The notes beneath the pieces are model-generated. The model saw only the letters and a list, made by a program, of their open reading frames with translations. It had not been told where the DNA came from and made no database searches. Shown piece after piece: positions 5,358 through 10,314 of a stretch of 10,314 nucleotides of DNA (position 1 is the first letter of the stretch; each line of letters starts with the position of its first letter). Both the position numbers and the translations under genes were made by a program. The stretch comes from a virus. Lineage: Duplodnaviria > Heunggongvirae > Uroviricota > Caudoviricetes. The stretch lies in IMG/VR virus record IMGVR_UViG_3300010282_000006, positions 1 to 10,314 of that record. One strand, 5' to 3'.

Positions 5358-6532
5358 TAGTTAGCCCTCCTATAAAAATTTCCATTCTTCAAGTATTGGT
5401 TCGTATAGGTCGGATGCAGCTTTTCCACCACGTCCGTCAACTTGACATTGCTTATCATCCGTCTGTAGTCAGATGAAATGCGATTATTTGGGAAATGCTG
5501 TTTCAAGCGCTCTGCAAGAGCTTTGCTGTATGTACGAATGTCGTACTCGTCATTCTCGTATCCTATACTGATTTCGCCGATGTCTGTCATTACGATTAAG
5601 TATCCTCGCTGACTCACTCCGTCAGCAAGCTCATCTACCGTATATGGGACTGTTTCATCTTTCTCCTTGTCCAATGGAGAGTAGAGTTCGCAGTGCTCCA
5701 ACTTGTCAAAGATGGAAGCGAACTCTTCCACGGGATGATCGGATAGCGTGTCGATCAGAAGCCCAGAAATTGAACGATATGCCTTGAAAACCAGCTTCGT
5801 GCTTCCATCAAAATCCTTTTCGTTCGGGTAGCAAAAGAAAAACCGCTGTTCGTCTGTTCCGCAATCGTACTTGATGTTGTTACTATTTACAGATGCAGCC
5901 TTTCCAACACTACTTGCGTAGCTAGTCAATCTGGCAAAGGTTGAGAAAAACTTTCCGTCAAAATAGTAGCCGTGGTCGTAATAGTCGAAGCGTCCCATAT
6001 AGATGCAACGTTCATTCCTCTTGGTGAGATACTCCGCGCCGACAACCAACTCTTTTGCTTTGACAGGATGATTTTCAAAGCGCTTGGAATTGAGTTCGCT
6101 CAACGCAGCATAGTCCGGCGAACAGACAGGAATGAGCACGAGATCTGTGCCGTCCCAACCGTAAACGAATTGACCCTCCAATCCCTTCCCCTTGATGGAG
6201 CTGGTATGTTCCAAAATGTAGAGCAAATTCGGAACGGTAATCTCAAACTCAAAACCTCTCGGATCGTAAACGCGAACATACGCCTGCCGGAAGTCTCCCC
6301 AATCGCCGGCATATCCGCCAACCTTCTTATTCAGGACAAATCCCTCTGTCGGTTCATTGTCGTACTCGACAGGTTTGATCGCATGGTCGCGCCAGCTCTC
6401 CCACGACGCTTCTTTACGGATCTTGTTCTTCTCGTCATAGTAGATAACATAGGCGAGCTTTTTTGTATAGGTGTCATTGCGCGCTTGAAAGCCAACGCGA
6501 ATGCGGCGCGGAAGAAAAATGCTGCTATTCAT
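5357..6532 (-). CDS. Hypothetical protein (391 aa)
   Basis: Start reassigned to MNSSIFLPRR (ATG 6532, RBS GGAGGGG, ATGA overlap). Long open frame with an aromatic-rich N-terminal domain. No function recognised. Confidence 0.85.
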   Translation of the reverse strand: MNSSIFLPRRIRVGFQARNDTYTKKLAYVIYYDEKNKIRKEASWESWRDHAIKPVEYDNEPTEGFVLNKKVGGYAGDWGDFRQAYVRVYDPRGFEFEITVPNLLYILEHTSSIKGKGLEGQFVYGWDGTDLVLIPVCSPDYAALSELNSKRFENHPVKAKELVVGAEYLTKRNERCIYMGRFDYYDHGYYFDGKFFSTFARLTSYASSVGKAASVNSNNIKYDCGTDEQRFFFCYPNEKDFDGSTKLVFKAYRSISGLLIDTLSDHPVEEFASIFDKLEHCELYSPLDKEKDETVPYTVDELADGVSQRGYLIVMTDIGEISIGYENDEYDIRTYSKALAERLKQHFPNNRISSDYRRMISNVKLTDVVEKLHPTYTNQYLKNGNFYRRAN

Positions 6533-6858
6533 TTTAGTTCCCCTCCAAACGCCTCGTCGTAGCTCATTCCGGTTACATTGAGAATTGCATCTACCTTTTC
6601 GGTATTGATACGCCCGTTGTGCAGCGCATATCTCAGCTTGAGACCGGTCATGCGTTCCAAATCTGTCAAGAATACGCGATGCTCTGTCATCCATTTACGA
6701 AGCCCCGGATAAATTACGGTGGACGGCAGAACGTGCCGATCGCCATATTTGCGAATCGCGCTTTGCACGGCCTGCTTGGTTATACCGAAACGATTGGCAA
6801 TACCGGTAAGCGACATACCTTCTGCGCGCAGAGAGATATAGGTTTCGGTTTTTGTCAT
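6529..6858 (-). CDS. Double helix-turn-helix DNA-binding protein (109 aa)
   Basis: N-terminal HTH (GMSLTGIANRFGITKQAVQSAI) and a second XRE-like HTH (GLRKWMTEHRVFLTDLERMTG ... KVDAILNVTGMSYDEAF). RBS AAGGAG. Confidence 0.7.
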   Translation of the reverse strand: MTKTETYISLRAEGMSLTGIANRFGITKQAVQSAIRKYGDRHVLPSTVIYPGLRKWMTEHRVFLTDLERMTGLKLRYALHNGRINTEKVDAILNVTGMSYDEAFGGELK

Positions 6859-6862
6859 GTAG

Positions 6863-7237
6863 TCACTCCTTTTGCGGACGCTTATGATAACGCTTTACGC
6901 GGACAAGCAGTTTGTACTTTTGAGCTGTTTCGATCATGTTTTTCGTGCCTCGGCTCACGCCGTCCCAAAACGCGACAAGCGCATCGGCATTTTGTGCCAT
7001 CTCCTCATTACGAACGATGCCGGCGCGTCGACCGAGACGATCCCAGTCAGCAGGGAAGTAATGCACCTTGTAGCTGTGCTCCTTGGCGTATCGCTCGCCG
7101 AGCGTATCTGCCCCGCGTGCTTTTCCGCAGACAATGACGATTTCATCATTGACGTTGGAAAGCAAATAGTCCACTGCTTTTTCAAGCGCTTCGTAATTGT
7201 CGAAATCGCGTCCACCGGCGATAATCAGGCGAAACAT
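6863..7237 (-). CDS. SLOG superfamily protein, YspA-like / DUF2493 (124 aa)
   Basis: LIIAGGRDF, IVCGKARGAD, ADW...G..AG..RNEEMA, LVAFWDG.SRGT..MI motifs. Start reassigned to ATG 7237 with RBS AAAGGAGG. Confidence 0.9.
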   Translation of the reverse strand: MFRLIIAGGRDFDNYEALEKAVDYLLSNVNDEIVIVCGKARGADTLGERYAKEHSYKVHYFPADWDRLGRRAGIVRNEEMAQNADALVAFWDGVSRGTKNMIETAQKYKLLVRVKRYHKRPQKE

Positions 7238-7248
7238 GATAACCTCCT

Positions 7249-7587
7249 TTACTCCTGTGCGCCTGTTTTGATGAGGTCTCCTTCCCAAAACGACCAGTTA
7301 CAGCCGTCCAAATCGAAAATGACGGGGTATCCTGCTTCACTGCTGTGGCGAAGCCGCGCTACAAACTCCTTGTCTGCGTTCTGTTCGACAAAATCGCGGT
7401 ACTCAGACTGCAACCGTTCCCATTCCTTGCGAGATCTGATTCGCTCCACGTTGATTTTTACGGTGTCTCCGTCGTTGATCGGATTCTCGGTGTTATGCGC
7501 GGCGTCTTCGATCAGACGCCTCAAGGCATCTGTGTCTTTTGTGGTGCGCAGGCGGTGCTCCAGTGAGCGCCTTTGTTGTCTGTTCAT
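7249..7587 (-). CDS. Hypothetical protein (112 aa)
   Basis: Start reassigned to MNRQQRR (ATG 7587, RBS GGAGG). The C-terminal part (DGDTVKI ... VIFDLDGCNWSFWEGDL) looks like a small beta domain. Confidence 0.75.
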   Translation of the reverse strand: MNRQQRRSLEHRLRTTKDTDALRRLIEDAAHNTENPINDGDTVKINVERIRSRKEWERLQSEYRDFVEQNADKEFVARLRHSSEAGYPVIFDLDGCNWSFWEGDLIKTGAQE

Positions 7588-7600
7588 CGGGAAAACCTCC

Positions 7601-7804
7601 TTACACAACGATTCTGCTGATACGCGGCGCTTCGTCCGCAGGGACGAGCGGCGTTATTTCTATAACCGCCCGATCCATTTCCATCGTTCCTTCGATGATT
7701 TCCTCTTCTTTGCCAAGACCGAGTAGTTTACGGCGTGTGGTCTTGTTTGTGATAACAACCTTGTAAGTGCCATCTTCGTTTTGTGTTGCGATGATCGTCT
7801 TCAT
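7601..7804 (-). CDS. Hypothetical protein (67 aa)
   Basis: Co-directional, fills the gap between neighbours, RBS GAGGAG upstream. Confidence 0.7.
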   Translation of the reverse strand: MKTIIATQNEDGTYKVVITNKTTRRKLLGLGKEEEIIEGTMEMDRAVIEITPLVPADEAPRISRIVV

Positions 7805-7819
7805 AGATTATTGTGCTCC

Positions 7820-8623
7820 TCAAATGCGCTTATTGATGTACTCACGATCCTGCGAGAAAATAGGGATTTCATGGTCAATCTCCCATATGCGGCGATCAAC
7901 GGCAATCAACTCGCCCGGATGACGCGGATCATCCATTTCAAGCCTAAGCGATTGCTTGACACAACATGAACCACGTTTGCAGTCAGTTGGAAAATCGTTC
8001 CAGTTGATGTTCTTTTCGGTGAAGAGCATATCCTGAATCTCATTGCAGCTTTTACCGTGAAGCTGGCGCTGACTGAAATTAGCCTGCCCGACCGCCTCGA
8101 TGCTGTTGCGCGTTGCGTCCTGCTGACGCCAGATCAGGCAGTTTGCTACGTCACTTTGCGGAACAGAGAAAGCGCGTGCGTCAAAGAGTGCCGAATTAAC
8201 CTTATCTTTATATCTGAAGAACTCTTCACCTGATACGGCTTCCGGACTCGTAATGACTCTAAAATACGCATCGTTGAACGCAAGCGTCGCCATTGACGCT
8301 GCAATGCTGGTCATCTTTTGAACATTGTACCCAAACCACGCATCTGTTGTGATAGTCGCATAGTCTGTCAGTATGAGTGAAATTTCATCTGACTGTGTGT
8401 ATCCGAGCACACAGCCCTGAATCTCTTCACACAGCGTTTTCATCGTGAGCTGCATGGCCTCCATCAAAACGGGGTCAAACGGCTTTTTCATTCCGCGCGT
8501 GAAAGTATGAAATGCTTTGCCGTCTAAGCGGATAATGGCGGGGATTCGGCGCGTCAGGTAGTTCTTCGGCACGGACTCGTACTGTTTCATACGATCGCCG
8601 AGACTGTCGGTTTTCTTACTCAT
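7820..8623 (-). CDS. thg1: Thg1-like protein (tRNA-His guanylyltransferase / 3'-5' nucleotidyltransferase family, 267 aa)
   Basis: LGDRMKQYE N-terminus, IIRLDGKAFHTFT (first catalytic Asp), GYTQSDEISL (second catalytic Asp), FDARAF, WRQQDA.RNSI. Start reassigned to ATG 8623 with RBS GGAGGAG. Confidence 0.93.
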   Translation of the reverse strand: MSKKTDSLGDRMKQYESVPKNYLTRRIPAIIRLDGKAFHTFTRGMKKPFDPVLMEAMQLTMKTLCEEIQGCVLGYTQSDEISLILTDYATITTDAWFGYNVQKMTSIAASMATLAFNDAYFRVITSPEAVSGEEFFRYKDKVNSALFDARAFSVPQSDVANCLIWRQQDATRNSIEAVGQANFSQRQLHGKSCNEIQDMLFTEKNINWNDFPTDCKRGSCCVKQSLRLEMDDPRHPGELIAVDRRIWEIDHEIPIFSQDREYINKRI

Positions 8624-8717
8624 TATCGCTCTCCTCCCAAGGAATTTTGATCGCGTGGCGGACGCCATCCATCTCGCATAGCAAGCGCCATCTTCCGTCA
8701 GTGCGTTTTGCCGTCAT
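8616..8717 (-). CDS. Possible 33-aa ORF bridging glyA and thg1 (MTAKRTDGRWRLLCEMDGVRHAIKIPWEESDNE)
   Basis: Read by hand: ATG 8717 inside the glyA 3' end after a purine-rich AGGAAGGAAAGTGA, with TAA at 8616 just inside thg1. Confidence 0.3.
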   Translation of the reverse strand: MTAKRTDGRWRLLCEMDGVRHAIKIPWEESDNE

Positions 8718-9936
8718 CCGATTCACTTTCCTTCCTCCTTTTCATTTGCTTGATGATGCGGTCGATCTCACGCGCAACCATTACAAAATCTTCCTCCATA
8801 TAGCCCCTAGTTGTCATTGCCGCTGTGCCAATCCGAATGCCGGACGTGAGCTGCGGCGAACGGGTTTCATTTGGAATACAGTTTTTGTTCACCGAAATAC
8901 CGCTCTGATCCAAGCATTCCTGAACTTCCTTACCGGTCAGTCCAGTCTTGGTGAGGTCGATCAGGAACAGATGGTTGTCTGTTCCTCCGGTCACAACATC
9001 ATATCCGAGACGAATGAACTCGTCGCACATAGCACGGCTGTTCCGAACGACTTGATGAATGTAGGATTTGAACTGATCCGTGCAAGCCTCTTCCGCTGTG
9101 ACCGCTTTCCCGGCGATGACGTGCTGCAAAGCGCCTCCCTGCGTACACGGAAATACAGCACTGTCAATCTTCTTGGCAAGTTCCGGCTTGCAGAAAATCA
9201 GACCGCCTCTTGTGCCACGCAAAGTCTTGTGCGTGGTTGTAGTAATTACGTCCGCAAGTCCAAACGGTGAAGGATGATCACCAGCAACGACCAAACCAGC
9301 AATATGGGACATATCCACCATAAAATACGGACGCTGTAAAGTCGTATAACTATAGCATGAATAATAACTGTCAATGATCTTGTTAATCCGGCGAAAATCA
9401 ATAATACGACTGTACGCGCTTGCTCCGGCAAGAACCAACTTTGGATGATATTCGTGCAATTTGCGGTATAAATCGTCGTAGTCGATCCAACCATCAGCAT
9501 CCACGCCGTAAAACTTTACGTTGAACAGTCTTCCGCTGAAATTGACCGGCGAACCGTGCGTAAGATGTCCGCCATCGTTGAGGCGCATGGAAAGGATCGT
9601 GTCGCCGACATTCAGGAGCGCCATATACGCCGCAAGATTCGCGGACGATCCGCTGTGCGGCTGAACGTTGACGTGGTAATCTGTGTTGAATACCTCCCGC
9701 CACTTTTGGCAGCAATATTCCTCCAACGTGTCTATGTACTGACAGCCGCCATAATACCTTCCACGGTTTCCAGTCTTTCGATATTCAGGATAGCCCTCGG
9801 AGTATTTGTTGGTCAGGCATGATCCGACTGCCTTCATAACGTTTTCGCTGACAAAGTTCTCGCTGGCAATCAACTCAATCGTGTTGCATTGGCGATTGCG
9901 TTCTCTTTCGATCATCTCAAAAACTTTTGATTCCAT
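8698..9936 (-). CDS. glyA: Serine hydroxymethyltransferase (412 aa)
   Basis: ELIASEN, NKYSEGYP...RYYGG, NVQPHSGS..N, GGHLTHG, TTTTHKTLRG (PLP lysine), GGTDNHL, VNKN.IP, SGIRIGT. Start probably ATG 9936 (MESKVF). Confidence 0.97.
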   Translation of the reverse strand: MESKVFEMIERERNRQCNTIELIASENFVSENVMKAVGSCLTNKYSEGYPEYRKTGNRGRYYGGCQYIDTLEEYCCQKWREVFNTDYHVNVQPHSGSSANLAAYMALLNVGDTILSMRLNDGGHLTHGSPVNFSGRLFNVKFYGVDADGWIDYDDLYRKLHEYHPKLVLAGASAYSRIIDFRRINKIIDSYYSCYSYTTLQRPYFMVDMSHIAGLVVAGDHPSPFGLADVITTTTHKTLRGTRGGLIFCKPELAKKIDSAVFPCTQGGALQHVIAGKAVTAEEACTDQFKSYIHQVVRNSRAMCDEFIRLGYDVVTGGTDNHLFLIDLTKTGLTGKEVQECLDQSGISVNKNCIPNETRSPQLTSGIRIGTAAMTTRGYMEEDFVMVAREIDRIIKQMKRRKESESDDGKTH

Positions 9937-10017
9937 GATGTATCCGTCGCCTCCATGCTTTGCGTAATAGTCACACAATGCGCATCTGAAAATAAATTAT
10001 TGTCGAGCTATAACTAA

Positions 10018-10045
10018 AGTATATCACGGATTTCCTCGTTGTCAA
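10018..10045 (-). promoter_or_regulatory. Putative strong sigma-A promoter upstream of glyA (TTGACA-N16-TATACT, extended -10)
   Basis: On the - strand: TTGACA (10045-10040), 16-nt spacer ending in TGA, TATACT (10023-10018). Overlaps a 14-bp inverted repeat (10024-10037/10046-10059). Confidence 0.75.
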
Positions 10046-10082
10046 GAGAAAATCCGTGAATTTTTGTCTTGCTTATATGATT

Positions 10083-10314
10083 TTAGAAATTGCTTGGTGA
10101 TGCAATGCGCAGGATAATCGCGAGCGGATTATCAGAGGCTTTTAACGTAGATTTATAACGTGCTTTCCACCACGCATATAGCATTTCATAGTCCTTGATA
10201 TCCTCGTAGCCCCTCATCAAGAGTTGCTGGTCGCCTGTAGAGGCATAGTCGAGGCGCATCGCGCGAATATCGTCCTTCGTAAAACTGCGAAGGGGCTTTT
10301 GCACAACAGACTCG
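10083..10314 (-). CDS. 3' part of a hypothetical protein (frame open to the window edge)
   Basis: The frame of ORF 10083..10304 has no stop up to 10313, so the true start may lie outside the window. No homology recognised. Confidence 0.55.
   Translation of the reverse strand, partial: ESVVQKPLRSFTKDDIRAMRLDYASTGDQQLLMRGYEDIKDYEMLYAWWKARYKSTLKASDNPLAIILRIASPSNF

Larger units (their letters stand above)
292..10314 (-). mobile_element. End of an integrated element (large prophage or ICE-like) adjacent to tRNA-Trp; extends beyond the window
   Basis: Tyrosine integrase transcribed toward the tRNA 3' end, an excisionase, arm-site-like repeats and co-directional phage-type cargo (YopX, phage adenine MTase, SLOG, macrodomain, Thg1-like). 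The exact boundary needs the second att copy, which is not in the window. Confidence 0.8.

Noticed and set aside
464-9822. Many long + strand ORFs (e.g. 464-1108, 4660-5214, 5972-6562, 6872-7726, 8647-9270)
   Set aside because: They lie antisense to well-supported - strand genes and show no recognisable motifs or convincing RBS, so they are treated as shadow ORFs.
5357-9978. Longer upstream starts in the ORF track (6694, 7288, 7608, 8668, 9978; also 3495, 2906 and 2434)
   Set aside because: They overlap upstream genes extensively or lack an RBS. Downstream ATGs have clear Shine-Dalgarno sequences or match family N-termini.
1606-10059. The two promoter palindromes (1606-1639 and 10024-10059) as one shared operator
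   Set aside because: Apart from a GGAT/ATCC tetramer in opposite arrangement, the arms and spacers differ, so no common consensus is supported.

Overview
The window starts in a Firmicutes (Clostridia-like) tRNA cluster on the + strand: tRNA-Asn(GTT), a CAT-anticodon tRNA that is probably Ile2, and tRNA-Trp(CCA), followed by a terminator. Everything after that is on the - strand and looks like one end of a large integrated element (prophage or ICE-like) inserted at or just after tRNA-Trp. The junction carries a tyrosine integrase, an excisionase and four helically phased CATCTAAC repeats that look like arm-type sites. The rest is a tightly coupled run of phage-type accessory genes, in transcription order: glyA, a Thg1-like 3'-5' nucleotidyltransferase, small hypotheticals, a YspA-like SLOG protein, a double-HTH protein, a 391 aa/139 aa pair of unknown function, a macrodomain, a phage N6-adenine methyltransferase, YopX, a GIY-YIG nuclease and a small membrane protein. 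The strongest signal is in the methyltransferase, which is split by one extra G in a G9 tract between its SAM-binding and NPPY halves. This is either a phase-variable (slippage) switch or a homopolymer sequencing error. Thg1-like, SLOG, macrodomain and MTase together suggest a nucleic-acid repair or counter-defence cassette (inference). The host, the far end of the element and the element class cannot be determined from this window.
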